Assembly: GCA_964187785.1 (NCBI GenBank)
Contig: OZ076412.1
Coordinates: 15,128,001 to 15,192,000, forward strand
Reading direction: 5' to 3'
DNA length: 64,000 nucleotides
Source of the DNA: Amphiscolops sp. MND2022
Taxonomy: Eukaryota
In this document: in pieces, positions 26,615-39,719 of the stretch
How the letters are laid out: the number at the start of each line of letters is the position of its first letter
How positions within the stretch are numbered: the stretch's first letter is position 1
Made by a program: the position numbers and the translations under genes
Notes under the pieces: model-generated
Database searches by the model: none
What the model was told of the DNA's origin: nothing
Seen by the model: the letters and a program-made list of their open reading frames with translations, nothing else

Positions 26615-27693
26615 AGTCGGCGCTTTTCCTTCAAGGGAAAAATGCCCGACTATAGCAGTGACTGTTTTTAGTCGGCGCTTTTCCATTAAGCGAAAAATGC
26701 CCGACTATAGCAGTGACTGTTTTTTTTCTTCAGACTACAATCCTCACACTGATCGGTTCACTTTTCTTACAATTCTTACAATCTTAAAATCTTACAATTC
26801 TTGCTTAGCAAATTGAAAATACTGGCGCAAAACCTTGCGAAGTAGTATTTTTACATCATCTAAGAAACTCAATAGGACCAAAGGGTACTCCCTTAGAGTA
26901 TTTTCGGCTCTGTGAGACTTTTGTTTCGAAGAAAAAAAATTTCCCCAAAGGGTCCCCACTTCAATTTTTTTGAGTTTTCCGACAGAACGGATGTTGAAAA
27001 ATCCCAAAGGGTCCTCCCTTTCAGTTTTTTCGGCATTGTGAGACTTTTCAAAATATTTTTTTTCACCAAAAGTGCCCCTCCTTCAATTTTTTTTGATGAT
27101 TTGCGACAGAATGGAAAAATCTCAAAGTGTCCCCTCTGGTGCGCCAATTCGGTTCAACTTTTGGGTTTTCCGGTACCGTAGAAGAGAATACTTTGACACT
27201 TTGAAGTCCTTTTGCTGTTTTTGACCCTTAGATATGGCGCCGACTTGAGCCGTTCCCGGCTTGTTTTTTCTTCAGACTACAATCCTCACACTGATCGGTC
27301 CACTTTTTAGAAACAATCCTGAAACCACCTGAGGCCAATTCATGCAGGGAGACTTAGTCCAAAGGGTCCCCTTTCATTTTTTCACTTTTTCAAGGAAACC
27401 CACAAAACCAGACGTGCCTAAAAGGTCCCCCCTTTGGATTTTTTCGGCACTGTGCGACTTTTTTTCGAAAATTTTTTAATGTTCCCAAAGGGGGTCCCTT
27501 CGAGTTTTTTGATATTTTGCAACGGCATGTATGTTAAAATCCAGAAGGGTCCCCCCTTTTACATTTTTCGGCACTATGTGACTTTTTTTGAACGAAATTT
27601 TTTTCAAAAATTACAAGTTTTTTTTCCGAAAAAAATGTTTTGCGCTTTTTGAGCCTTAGATATGGCGCCGACTTTAGACGTTCTCGTCTTGTT
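26615..27693 (+). mobile_element. Family 2 composite (two 5' hairpins + two head-to-tail bodies)
   Basis: Hairpins at 26615-26651 and 26670-26706. 3' ends CTTAGATATGGCGCCGACT..GCCGTTCCCGGC TTGTT at ~27264 and a variant at ~27693. (TCTTACAA)n microsatellite near 26765. Confidence 0.7.
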
Positions 27694-27897
27694 TCCTTCA
27701 GGTAAAATGCGCCGACGAAAAACAGACTGTAATTCTGTAATAGTCGGGCTCTTTGATTATATGAAAGCGCCAACTAAACACAGAGGCGAAGCGGTGCTTC
27801 GCAACACATGACGAAGACATCGATTATTTTAATATGCGTATATATATTATTTTAATCGCATGCGTATATATTCAACAGTTCAACTTTGTTCAATAAC

Positions 27898-27967
27898 GTC
27901 CCTATGGCACAGTGGTCAACACGTATGCCGTGCAATCGGGAGGCTGCAGGTTCGAATCTCTCTGGGG
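27898..27967 (+). repeat. tRNA-derived Pol III head (SINE-like)
   Basis: A-box TGGCACAGTGG and B-box GGTTCGAATC at tRNA-like spacing; acceptor and T stems imperfect. Confidence 0.5.
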
Positions 27968-28581
27968 TTTTGGCTTTTATCTAAAAGGCGCTCATTATGA
28001 AGTTGACTATAGTGGGAAAAAAACTTACTTAGCTGGAGTGCAATGAACATTGACTTCGTCATGTGCAAAAAGCGCTCCCATTTTGCGCAGCACGCTGTAT
28101 CAGAATTTGACGTTATATCCGAAGTAAAATGCGTTTTACTAGAGAGGAAGCGAAGGATCGATTTTTATCTGTTCCCATATTTCGTTTCCTTCCAAAGTCG
28201 AACAAAAGCATCCAATATCGGAATATTTGACGTTGTAAGAATGGCCTCTTCGATTATTTTTGGTCCTGTGGAACTATGAATTTTCCCAATACCTGTGGAA
28301 AAATTATAGTCTCCTGTAGGAAAACCGAGTTTTTCGGCACAGTGCGGCTTTTTTCAAAAACATTACGGTCAAATGGTACCCCTTCACTTTAATAAAGGTT
28401 TTAGCTTGAAAAAAAGTTTTCCGAATTTAGGTTTTCCTTTCGAGCACTAGGAGATTTTTCCGCAAAGAAATTTTTTTTCTAAGTTTGGGTTTTTGATGTT
28501 TCGGGTATTCTTGGTGCTGTAAAATCGATCGTTTTTCGCAATAATGTTCTTTTGCATTTTCAAAACAAAACGCTCATTTTT

Positions 28582-28989
28582 AGTCAGCGCCTTTTCCCTT
28601 AAGGAAAAAGCCCGACTATTACAGTGGTTAGTTTTTTTCAGCTGACAATATCATTCTGAATGGTCCACTTTTCTTACAATTCTTACAATCTTACAATTTC
28701 TTGCAATTCTTACTTAGCTTACGAACTTAGTTTACATCATCTAAGAAACTCAACGGGGCCAAAGGGTACTCTCTTCAGTATTTTCGGCTCTGTGAGACTA
28801 TTTTTCGAAAAAAAATCACCGAAGGGTCCCCCCTTCAATTTTTTGATATTTTCCGACAGAATGGATGTTGAAAATCCCCAAATTTTTCATAAAAGGGTCC
28901 CCAATTCACCTATACATTGACATTTCAAAGTCCTTCTGCTATTTTTGAGCCTTAGATATGGCGCCAACTTGGGCCGTTCCCGGCTTGTT
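28582..28989 (+). mobile_element. Family 2 HINE-like element
   Basis: 5' hairpin AGTCAGCGCCTTTTCCCTTAAGGAAAAAGCCCGACT, (TCTTACAA)n, 3' GGCGCCAACT-TGG-GCCGTTCCCGGC-TTGTT. Confidence 0.7.
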
Positions 28990-30694
28990 TGGTCCTTTGG
29001 AACTGAGTTTCCTCTAACTGTGCCACTTTTCTTTTTCATTTAGTCAAAGGGTCCTCTTAACTTTCATGTTTTCGGCATGGAGGAAGCGTTTTTCGAGCTT
29101 GAAGCTCCTTTTTGGCACTATGAGAATTGTTTCCGAAGAAAAAAGTTCCGGGAAAATTCCATTTAAAATTTTTTTAATGTTTCCGGTTGGGAGGAAGCAG
29201 TTCCCGAGTTTACGGGTATCGTTTCCAGCACTGAAAATTTGATGAATATATTTAATATTGTTCCATTGCATATTTGAAAAAAAAACTTTAACTCTTTTGA
29301 ACCTTGAGCAAGGCGCTGATCAGGACCGTTTACGGCATGTCTTATTTTCCCCAAAACGAAAACCTCTTTCTCCTCTTTCTCCTGAGAAGAGACACATCTT
29401 CGATATGAGAGAATTTGATATGCCAATTTCTAAAGACAATCCTAAAAGCATTTTAAGCAGTGCTTAAAATGCTTTTAGGATTGTCTTTAGAGCTGCCAAC
29501 AAAAAATGAGTCGGACTTTCCCATATTGTTTTCTAAAAAAGCCAAACTTCAAGCCTGGAACAAACCAAAATCGTATATGAAGAGGCACCTATTTCAACGC
29601 AACATTTTCCCTCAAAAACATAATGAGCAACTTACAGGCACGGCGAAATGATGACGATTCTGTTTCGATAGAATTCGTAACTAGCTACTGAAGCAGATAC
29701 AGTTTGATCACATGATGCGAGCAGAGCAAACACGATTGAAGTGAAGATAAAAGTAGCAAGTCATTGAAAACACAAATCCAAGTTGGTACAATCACTCAGC
29801 AACATCAAACTATAGAACCATGATCAGAATCTAGAACGAGAAGGCATTCAATAAGATAATTGAGAGCTAAGTTAACTTTCCAGTTTGAAAGATCAAATAC
29901 CACCGTTTCAAGAACGTGTCCGGAGAAATGGTCAACGGTTGCAGCTAGAGGGTACATTTCAAAGCTTAGGGCCTAAGTAATAATACAGGATTGGAGATAA
30001 AGATCCATGTTTCCAACAAACTGGATTTGATATTTTTGATATGAATAGAACAAACTGGGAGCGCATACGCCTCGAGCCTCAAAAGGAACCAAAGTGTTTT
30101 AAACCTAACTTGGCCCCTGTGACGAATTCGGCACATTTAGTTTCTGCAAATTCTAAACGCACCAGCTGATTGTATGGTAAAGAAAACTCTTGAATAAGAT
30201 TTTCAGACGATATTGCATAGCACTCGACGCCTTTTCACGGAATATTGACGTGATGTCTCCGAAATCCAGAAATTGGGACCAAAAAATCAAGAAAAAATTG
30301 AGTGCAGATTTTCCGTTTTTCCCGTTTGTGGCCCTTTTTATCCCACTGGTATCAACATTGGGTCAAAGCGGCCCCAGCATGTTTTGAAACATGCTGAAAA
30401 GCAATCAGAGACACGACGCGTGCAAAGTTTTGGCCCAAAGTCCGGAGCCAGTGCGGGACCCCAGCCCAGCAGTTTAAAAATTGATTTGAAAGCCCTGATG
30501 CTCTTCTTTCGAACACTCTATAAATCGTTTGTCGGACTTGAATAGTTTAGGAGATACTGCGGTTTAAAGTTTAAGCACCTGATTTTTGGATGGATCCAGA
30601 ATTTTCCTGGTTAACTTAAGGCTAAATATGCACAGCAACTGTTTTTGAGAAACTTAATGGATTCATTCGTTATCATATACTCCACCTTGGTAAT

Positions 30695-30976
30695 TGTTCT
30701 GAATGAAATTTTATTTGAAATCGATGAATCATTCCTTCAAATAATTGACTTCAAATTATAGTTCAAAATTGTAAAATCATACAAGTATCTTGGATGAATA
30801 TTTCCCCGCATTTTGTAAATACTTTCACATATGTTTTTTGTTTTCCCGCATCCTGTGTGTTTTAATTGCTAAACACAAATCTTCCGGAAATAATAATTTT
30901 TCCTTTTTAATCACTTTTTTGGCTGATGGAGCGGCCTGGTCCGCCATTAGAAGAGTAGGGCTATCGGTGAGACACA
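30695..30976 (+). repeat. 5' LTR (282 bp)
   Basis: TGTTCTGAATG...GAGACACA; about 9 differences from the 3' LTR by hand count. Confidence 0.95.
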
Positions 30977-30979
30977 TTT

Positions 30980-31001
30980 TGGTCCGCCATAGACACCGGA
31001 C
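30980..31001 (+). promoter_or_regulatory. Primer-binding site (probably tRNA-Tyr type)
   Basis: TGGTCCGCC...CCGGAC starts 3 nt after the LTR and resembles the TGGTCC(TT/G)..GAGCCGGA PBS of BEL elements. The tRNA assignment is inference. Confidence 0.7.
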
Positions 31002-31276
31002 TTACGAACTTTGAACTTTCGAAAAGAAACTACTTTTTTGGAACTTTGTACCAAAAGTTGTCCTTACAAAAGTAACACTCGATTGTCAAGTAACTAATTA
31101 CCAAGTAACTAACTTGCAAACCCTTCAACCTGCTAGTCTCAGCTTCATCCACGATTGATCGTCATTCCCCGGTTAGCTCTTTCCATTTTACAACTTAAAG
31201 GCATTTCGTTTTTTCGACGGTGTAAAAACTGTGGATCCCCCTGATAGTTTGTCCTTTATTATTACTTCCTAAAATT

Positions 31277-31967
31277 TTGGATACAGATAGTCACATTTTT
31301 ACGAAGTCTCTGATCGACCTTCAGATTACCCCTAGCAAACCGAAAACTTCACTCATGACAAATGTTATCGGTGCAAGTTCACTAAAACGAGCTTTACAAA
31401 ACTTGGATTTTGATAACCGAAATACCCTTGGGAACTTTATCACAGCCATTCCTTCTTTGAGCTTGAACCCCTATGTTCAGTGTGATACGCTCAAATTGTC
31501 TTTTCTACTGGATCATGGTATTCTTAAAAATACGAATCAATTAGTTATTTGGCATGACATTCTGAACAACTCCTTGACTCCCCATAAATCAAATAACAAT
31601 ACAGCTCTTACCCCTAAAGAATTAGCAACTGAATTGTTAAAATATAAATCACGTATAACAGCCTTAGTCTATTGTGAACGTATTGGTGCACCCCATGCAT
31701 TTGATGATCTTCGTGATCAAGATTTCATTGTTATTCGAGTCACCGAAAACCTTCTTTCTCGTAGAAAACAATGATATTCCTCTTTTGAATGAATATTCCC
31801 GACTTCATCCAGTAGCGGATATTGAATTAAAGTCTTTGTTCATTGTTTTGGAGCACCGAAACAATCTTAAAGCTTTATCCCAAAATACAAGAAGTCCCAG
31901 CAAGAAACCTTCTCAAAGGAAAAGAAGATTGAAGAAGCTTTTAGAGCAGAGTTTGAAGTCAACTTAA
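31277..31967 (+). pseudogene. Extra ORF upstream of gag inside the BEL element; SGNH/GDSL esterase-like (one frameshift near 31770)
   Basis: 165-aa ORF plus an overlapping 97-aa frame. Motifs VIGASSL, AIPSLSL and VIWHDILNNS are spaced like SGNH blocks I-III; the fold is inference. ORF start is TTG in the track. Confidence 0.55.
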
Positions 31968-32130
31968 CGTTAGAAGTTTTTTATTTCATCCTGTGAGTTG
32001 AGTTCGGTGTGGTCACTGGACGATTAGCTCAACGGTGGCCTATCCGACTCGACTTTGAGGATTATTTACTTTGTTTATTGTTCGTGATAGTGTTGTATTG
32101 TAATCTGAAAAAGGTCTGTAACTGAAAGTA

Positions 32131-35100
32131 GTGCTTCCGTACAACCAGCCACTGAAGATTAAAAAACTTACTCGCATCCGAGGTGGTCACAAAGGTGCTT
32201 TCACTAGATTGGAACAGAAAGTTGATGAATTTACGGTCACTGCTATTGACTCTTCAACTAAATTGTTTCAAGGTGAAGCTTCGCTGAAGACATTACAAGA
32301 TAGAATTGCAATGATTCATAAGTTTGATGCGGAAATTGAATTATTGATAGATGGAGATGATTTAGCCAATGAACTGGAACAGCAAACGGAGTTCCATGTT
32401 TCTGCTAGTGTTACCATCGCTAGGTTGTCTGCATTAATTGAGAATTACAAAAAAGAACGCGATAGACCTCCGTGTGAGTTTTCAACAGACTCTTCTCCAT
32501 CAAGCTCTGTCACATCGAGTAGATTGAAGTTGCCTAAACTTCAGTTACCAACATTCACTGGATCATACACTGACTGGATGGGTTTCTTTGACCTATTCAA
32601 GGCCTCCGTCGATTCTAATACCCATCTCTCCAATTCAGAGAAGCTGAACTATTTGAAAGCCTGTGTGAAGGGTGAAGCAGCGAGACTCATTAGTTCAATC
32701 TCGATAACTGACGCAAACTACAGTATTGCCTTTGCTTTGTTGAAAGATCGATATGAAAATAAAGAGCATCATTCAAGCTCATTTGCAAGCAATTTGGTCG
32801 CAGCCAGTTTTGAAAACTGAATCCGCTCTTGGATTGAGAAAACTTCTGGAACTCACCAATGAGCATTTACGAGCACTCGTTGAACTTGGTCAACCAGTAG
32901 AGCACTGGAATGCTATCTTAGTTTTTGTTCTGACGGACAAGATGGATCCAGAGTCACGTAAGCAGTGGCAGCTGGATAATCTTGGCACTGACGTTTTGTC
33001 TTGGGAATTATTGTCGAAATTCCTTGACACAAGAAGCCGTGCACTCGGATCGGGTGGCACAAAGGTCACACCGCAATCAAGTGTGACATCTCCCTGCAAC
33101 CAAGGGAACCCAACTCTGACCAAAAGGGTTCAGAATTATGCTGTTCAAGGCTCATCGTGTGAATCTTGCCAAGAGGATCATCGCCTTTACGCTTGTTCAC
33201 AATTCAAAGGAATGTGTCTTGCTGATAGACATAAGTTCATAAAAGACAAAAAACAGTTTCAACTGCTTCTAATCAGGACACTCGTCCAATGCGTGCCCAT
33301 CTAAGTTCACTTGCCGTGAGTCCAAAATGAAACATCACACCTTGCTTCATCGACCTCAGAAACAGCTCCCTGATCAACGCACCTCTACAAAGACTTATTC
33401 AAGTATGAATTCAACTTCCAACAAAATGGAGTCTACAAAGCAATTCACCACAGGGCACTTTAGTGCTGACAATGAAATAAATACTGTTCTTTCTACATCT
33501 CTTGTAACAATTCGGAATTCATCGGGAGACGCGATCAAGCTGCGGGCTCTTAGATTCCGGTTCACAAGCCAGTTTCGTAACAGAAGATGTTGCAAAGACC
33601 CTCATGCTGCCAACTCAGCGCAGCCAAATAAATGTTTCTACAATGGGTTCTTCTCATTCCAAAAAAACTCGAGGCTTATTGCCAGTGAACTTGAATGACA
33701 AAATCGAAGTTAATCTTCATCTCATACAAAAAATCTCCAATACCATTCCCGATAAAGAAATTGACGTTTCGACCATGCGCCATGTGAACAATTTAGCTGA
33801 TCCCACTTTCAATGTTCCTAATAAGGTTGATCTCTTGCTAGGTGCAGATGTTATAGAAGACATTATGCTTGATAATAAAATAAAGGACAACGGCTTGTGC
33901 ATTCGGGATTCCGTATTCCGTTGGGTTGTGTCTGGTCCTTTGTATTCGTCTGGCAGTAACAACGTTGTGTCCCACATAACTAGCACTCCGAATTGTGACT
34001 CTGACCAACTCCTTTTGAAAATTTGGGAAATAGAAAGTGTCCCTGAAACTAGACACTTAACTTTGGATGAGCGTCGTTGTGAAGAGCACTTCGATAGCAC
34101 TACAAAACGCAATGAAGACGGCCGTTTCGTAGTACAGATGCCATTTAAAGATGGACCCCACAATTTAGGTCTTTCGAAAGCGAACGCAATGAAGCGTTTC
34201 ATTCGTGTCGAATACACTTTGCGCCATAATGTCGACCTTTTTCGAAAGTATTCAGCTTTCATTCAAGAATTCATTGACCTTGGCCACTTGGAGAAGGTCC
34301 AACCCGGGGAGATTAATAATTCTCCAAACTTCTACTTGCCTCATCATTGCGTGCTGAAAGAAGATAGTACAACCACCAAGTTGCGTGTTGTATTTGACGC
34401 TAGTGCTAAAACGACAACTGGTTTTTCACTTAATGATTGTTTGCTAGTTGGTCCCAAACTTCAAGATGATTTGTTCAATATTCTCATACGATTCCGTTTC
34501 TTCAAGATTGCTTTATCAGCTGATGTAGCGAAGATGTATCGGCAAGTTGAGCTGGATAAAGCCGATCGAGACTTTCATCGGATCCTTTGGAGATTTACAG
34601 CTGATGGTCCGGTTGAAACCTTACGCATGACCCGAGTTACATATGGCGTAGCTTCCTCATCGTATCATTCAATCCGATCTTTGCGAGAATGTGCCAATTT
34701 GTCAGAAGTATCCACTGAGGTTCAAAGAGCTATATTGAGAGATTTTTATGTTGATGACATTCTCACTGGAGCCAATTCGATCGATGAAGCTCGAATACTC
34801 CAAAAGCAATTAGTAGAAACTCTTAAACGAGGAAGATTCGATCTCCGCAAGTGGACTTCGAACGAGTCCAGCATTATCTTAGACCTTCGCCCGAGTATCG
34901 CGAAGCAAATGATAATTTGGAGTTTTTAGACAAAGACCATACATTAAAAACGCTCGGTATTGTTTGGCAACACACCGAAGATCGCTTCGTTTTTAAGGTT
35001 TCCCACATCGAAAAGGAAAACTTTAAAGCAAAGGTTTTGATCAAAAGACATGCTCAGTGACATTTCAGAGACTTTCGACCCATTGGGTTGGTTGTCACCA

Positions 35101-37330
35101 GTTACCATTTTCTTGAAACAGTTATTGCAAAGGGCTTGGGAAGCAAAAATTTCATGGGATGATCACCTCCCTTCCGAACTTGCCGACCAATATTTGAAGT
35201 GGAGAACGAAATTGATCTCTTTAAAGGATGTGGAATTGCAACGATTCGTATTACTTGATGGATTCTCGGACAAGATTGAGTTGCATCTCTTCTGTGATGC
35301 ATCAGAAAGGGCTTATGCCGCTTGTATTTATATTGTTGCCACAGATTCTCATGGCAGGCGGAAGTCATCCCTGCTTGTTGCCAAAACCAAGGTAGCCCCG
35401 TGAAAACACAATCTGTTCCGAGATAAGAATTATGTGTTGCTTTGCTAGGCACTAGGTTATATCAATTTGTCATCAAGTCTATTGGTCAAACGCCAGTTGT
35501 TATTGAAGAAACCCTCGCGTGGACTGATTCAACAATAGTTCTGTGTTGGTTGTCAAAAGAACCATCTTGCTGGTCAACTTTTGTTTCAAACAGAATTAGT
35601 GAAATTCAAAGTGAAAACAAATTGAATTGGAATCATGTGTGTTCCGAGGAGAATCCTGCGGATCCTGCATCTCGAGGAATTGACCCTGACGAAATAAACC
35701 AACATGACCTATGGTGGAATGGTCCGAAGTGGTTAATAACAGGGGAATTTCCGAAATCATTGTCAATTGTTGAAACATCTGAAGAGTTGAAAAAGTCGAC
35801 CCTAACAAGAGGAATTACCAGTCTTCATACCTCTGTGGCTCACAGGGATACCAAAAAGGATGTTATTGATTTGTTGAGGTTTAACTCCTTATACAAAGTC
35901 CTCGGAATTCTTGCTTACGCTAGACGTTTTATTGACAAACTGAAGAAGAACGTGGTTGTTTTACCAAGTTACATTACTGCCCCAGAGTTAACAGAGTCAA
36001 TCATAATTTTGATTCGCCAAGAACAAAAGAAACGATATTCGGAAGAAATCCGAACTCTAGAAATTGCACAACAAGTTAAGCCCAAGAGTCAAATCTGCAA
36101 ATATACCCGTTTCTCGATAATGGCATTCTTTGTGTCGGAGGAAGATTAGTACATGCATAGTTGCCCGAAGAAAGCAAGTTTCAAAGACTAATTCCTCAAG
36201 ACAGTCACCTCGCACGTCTAATTGTATTGAACTCTCACCAGGTGACACTCCATGGTGGGACTAGTCAAACCATTGCTCACATTTGAACTCGTTTCTGGAT
36301 TCCCAGTTCTAGAAATTTGGTTCGAAAAATGATGATGAATTGTGTCAATTGTAATCGCTTCAACTCGAAGCCAGTTTTCCCCTTGATGGGAGATCTTCCA
36401 AAAACAAGAGTTGACCCTCCTATAAAAGCCTTTGAGGACGTGGGCCTAGACTTTGCTGGTCCTTTCCTTTGTAGGAAATCTCCGAATTCTCATGAGAAAT
36501 CCTACCTAGCACTTTTTGTGTGCTTTACCAGTAAAGCAGTTCACCTGGAACTAGTCTCCGATCTTAGTACAGCAGCATGTATTGCAGCCATTAGAAGATT
36601 CGTTTCTCGCAGAGGTTGTCCTAAAAATCTTTATAGTGACAATGGGAAAAATTTTGTTGGTTCGGAGAAAGAAATAGCAGACCTGCAAAAGATATTAAGG
36701 AATGAACACTGTGACTCCTTGCAGGCTGAAGCAGCAGGCTTGCACATCAAGTGGTTCTTCATCCCTCCAAGAGCTCCTCACTTTGGTGGCCTATGGGAAT
36801 CAGCAATCAAGTGTGCAAAGATACATCTCCGAAAAGTTATGGGAAACAAAGTTGTCCTTTGAAGAACTATGTACTCTACTTTGTCAAATTGAATTGATTT
36901 TGAATTCAAGACCACTCTGCCCATTATCAGAAGATCCAAATGAGTTTCTCTTAACTCCTGCTCATTTCTGCTTGGGTGGAAAGTTGGAGAATCTACCCTT
37001 GAGCCAAACTACCTATGATTTGAAAAACCCTGACAGTACACATTCACTCTCATTTTTGGAAAAGATGGGTCAAAGAATATGTACTCTCCCTGCAAGAAAG
37101 AAATAAATGGAGACTAGAAACTTTTAATTTGAAAGTTGGTGATATTGTTTCGTAATTGATGACAATGTTCCCCCTCTACAGTGGCCATTGGCTAAAATCC
37201 AACATGTCTACACCGGCCCAGACAAGTTTGTGAGAGTCGTAAAAATAAAAACCGCTACAGGAATCTACAATCGACCAGTGCAAAAATTGAAGAAAATGTT
37301 TGATGCTAATTCCAATGTTGATTTCAAATG
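32131..37330 (+). pseudogene. BEL/Pao gag-pol, multiply frameshifted
   Basis: DUF1759-type gag LKLPKLQLPTFTG..W..F; knuckles CESCQEDHRLYAC and HHTLLH; protease LRAL/DSGSQASF; RT YLPHH, KLRVVFDAS, FYVDD; RNase H LHLFCDAS, WTDS, NPADPASRG; integrase [30 protein letters not shown]; C-terminal QWPLAKI...RPVQKL. Confidence 0.97.
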
Positions 37331-37418
37331 ACTTTGTTCGCTAACCTTATATTTCTTTTACTGTGCCTTATTGCGCTTGCGTGTTCAACGCTTTTGTTAA
37401 TTTCTTCCCTGCGAAATC

Positions 37419-37429
37419 AAGGCAGGCGG
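37419..37429 (+). promoter_or_regulatory. Polypurine tract
   Basis: AAGGCAGGCGG just upstream of the 3' LTR. Confidence 0.75.
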
Positions 37430-37434
37430 TGTTA

Positions 37435-37717
37435 TGTTCTGAATGGAATTTTATTTGAAATCGATGAATCATTCCTTCAAATAATTGACTTCAAATTATA
37501 GTTCAAAATTGTAAAATCATACATGTATCTTGGATGAATATTTCCCCGCATTTTGTAAATACTTTCACATGTGTTTTTTGTTTTCCCGCATCTTGTGTGT
37601 TTTAATTGCTGAACACAAATCTTCCGGAAATAAAAATTTTTCCCTTTTTAATCACTGTTTTGGCTGATGGAGCGGCCTGGTCCGCCATTAGAAGAGTAGG
37701 GCTATCGGTGAGACACA
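37435..37717 (+). repeat. 3' LTR (283 bp)
   Basis: Matches 30695-30976 and is followed by TSD GTAAT. Confidence 0.95.
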
Positions 37718-37845
37718 GTAATAATTATATTATTGTTTCAATACTAGAAAGGAAAATATTCAACGGCGTCTTATTTTCCGTCCATATGCCATATAGGAAA
37801 TTAACCTCTGCCGCGTTTTCCCTATCTTTACTCATTTTATAATCA

Positions 37846-38268
37846 AACAAGCCAGGAACAGCATAAGTCGGCGCCATGTCTAAGGCTTAGAAATAGCAAA
37901 AGGACTTCAAACTGTCAAGTATTCCTTACTTTACAAGTATTCAATACCTGAAAAACCCAAAAAGTTTCACCGAATTTGGATTTTTAACATCCATCATTGC
38001 AAAACATCTAAAAGTTGAAGATGTTCATGAATTTTTTTTCGAAAAAAAGTCACAATGCAGAAAAATCTGAAAGAGGGGACCCTTTAGTCTCTCCTGGTAT
38101 TGTATGTTGCGCGGAAAAACAAAAAACCTTTTTGGTTCAGTTCGCTAAGCCAAATGTTTCAATTTGTTTCAAATGTTTCGTAGAACTTTCAAGAACTATT
38201 TTGGTCAGCTCGTGTGGATTGAAAAAAGTCACTATAATAGTTGCGTTTCGCTTCATGAAGCGCCGACT
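37846..38268 (-). mobile_element. Family 2 HINE-like element, degenerate
   Basis: AACAAGCCAGGAACAGCATAAGTCGGCGCCATGTCTAAG at the left; degenerate hairpin ending GCGCCGACT at the right. Confidence 0.6.
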
Positions 38269-39719
38269 AAAAATGGAGGTTCTCTGACAATTAGAATGCT
38301 AAAAAGTCGTTTCGTAGCTCATGTAATTCTGGGAAATTCGAAATTGTTTGGCAAAAGGCTAAAATGAAAAGTGCCAAATTGTCCCGAAATTGTGAAAACT
38401 TTAAGCTTTCAATTTCATGCAATTTTGGCGCAAACCCTGAGTTGTGGTGGATACCAATGTCCACAGAGTTAAACGACATACCAATTAGCATGCTTTCAAG
38501 AAATAAAGTAAATATTTTTCGAGAAATGTATCAGAAAGACAAAAAAAATGTTGCTTCTAATATCATTGCTGTAGTGTAAATAAAACTGGACATCACTGTT
38601 AATCATGCATCTTGTTTAAACAAAAGAAGGATCTGACATGTTGATAACCATAAGCAGTGGTACCAACAATTACAAATTCTGGATAACCTAAAACACGAAA
38701 ACCACTTTCCTCTTTAAAACTTCGTTCATGAATGAGAATTTATATGGTTAAATACTTGCTTCACAGTCAGTCTGATCTTGGCCTTCAGAGAAGCCAACAA
38801 AAAATGAGCCTGACGTTTTGATCCTGTTTTTTTAAATAGCCAGACATCAGTCCTCGAACAAGCCAAAATCGTGTACGAAGACGCCATTTCAACGCAACAT
38901 CTCCCCCATAAAATATAACGAGCAACTTTCAACTGGCAATCAATTGGAAGAGAGGATCTTATTTTATCGGACCGAAATTCTGAAAGACGGTCACAAGTTC
39001 TTCACCTTAAGAATCTTCCATGTAAACAGCTGTCCGCCATTGTTTCTCAAAAACGTCATCTGCTTTCGTATAAATGAGCAAAAGGAAATTACTATTCCGG
39101 TGACGCCACATACCATCAAATCTAAAGGTTCGAATCAAATTTCTCCGAGGTCAGTAATAACCGGGTCGTGCCTGAAAAAGGCAGCGCCAGCCTGGTGTCT
39201 TTGCTTTGCGGGAAAAATGAATATAAACAAATAAAAAGATTCTATAAACTCATTACTTCAAAGTTGAGCAAGAAAAACAACACGCCTATAATTTAATTTC
39301 CTTCTGCAAAGATGTTAGTATTAACGTTCGAATATAGGAAACCAGTTGCGGTCAACTTAATTCGCCATACTGCTACGTTATTTTCATGTCTTTTGAAGAT
39401 ATTGGATGCATTCATGCAGTTTTTGAACCAACACCGATTTTAATTGCAAACAATAATGAGTGGAACGAAAAAACGGCCCTTGCATTCAGACATATCAAGT
39501 TGATTAGCTCAGTCGGTTAAGCAATAAAATTTCCAACTTTGGATCTTTTATGTTATTCCTGGAGGGAATTAACAGAAAAGATCCCGGACTTTTACCAAAT
39601 GAGAACTGAGATCTCAATAAATAGTCTAACGGCGACTCCATGTTTCGTCTCAGGTCCTCGGCTTTTTGCAAAACCTGGAAAATTTCGATCTCTCTATTTT
39701 GGGCAAAGAGCTTATCGGT

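Larger units (their letters stand above)
30695..37717 (+). mobile_element. Full-length BEL/Pao LTR retrotransposon (defective)
   Basis: Paired LTRs TGT...ACA, 5-bp TSD GTAAT (30690-30694 / 37718-37722), PBS, PPT and gag-PR-RT-RH-IN order. Confidence 0.97.

Noticed and set aside
27898-27967. Functional tRNA gene
   Set aside because: Acceptor and T stems do not pair well; treated as a SINE-like head.
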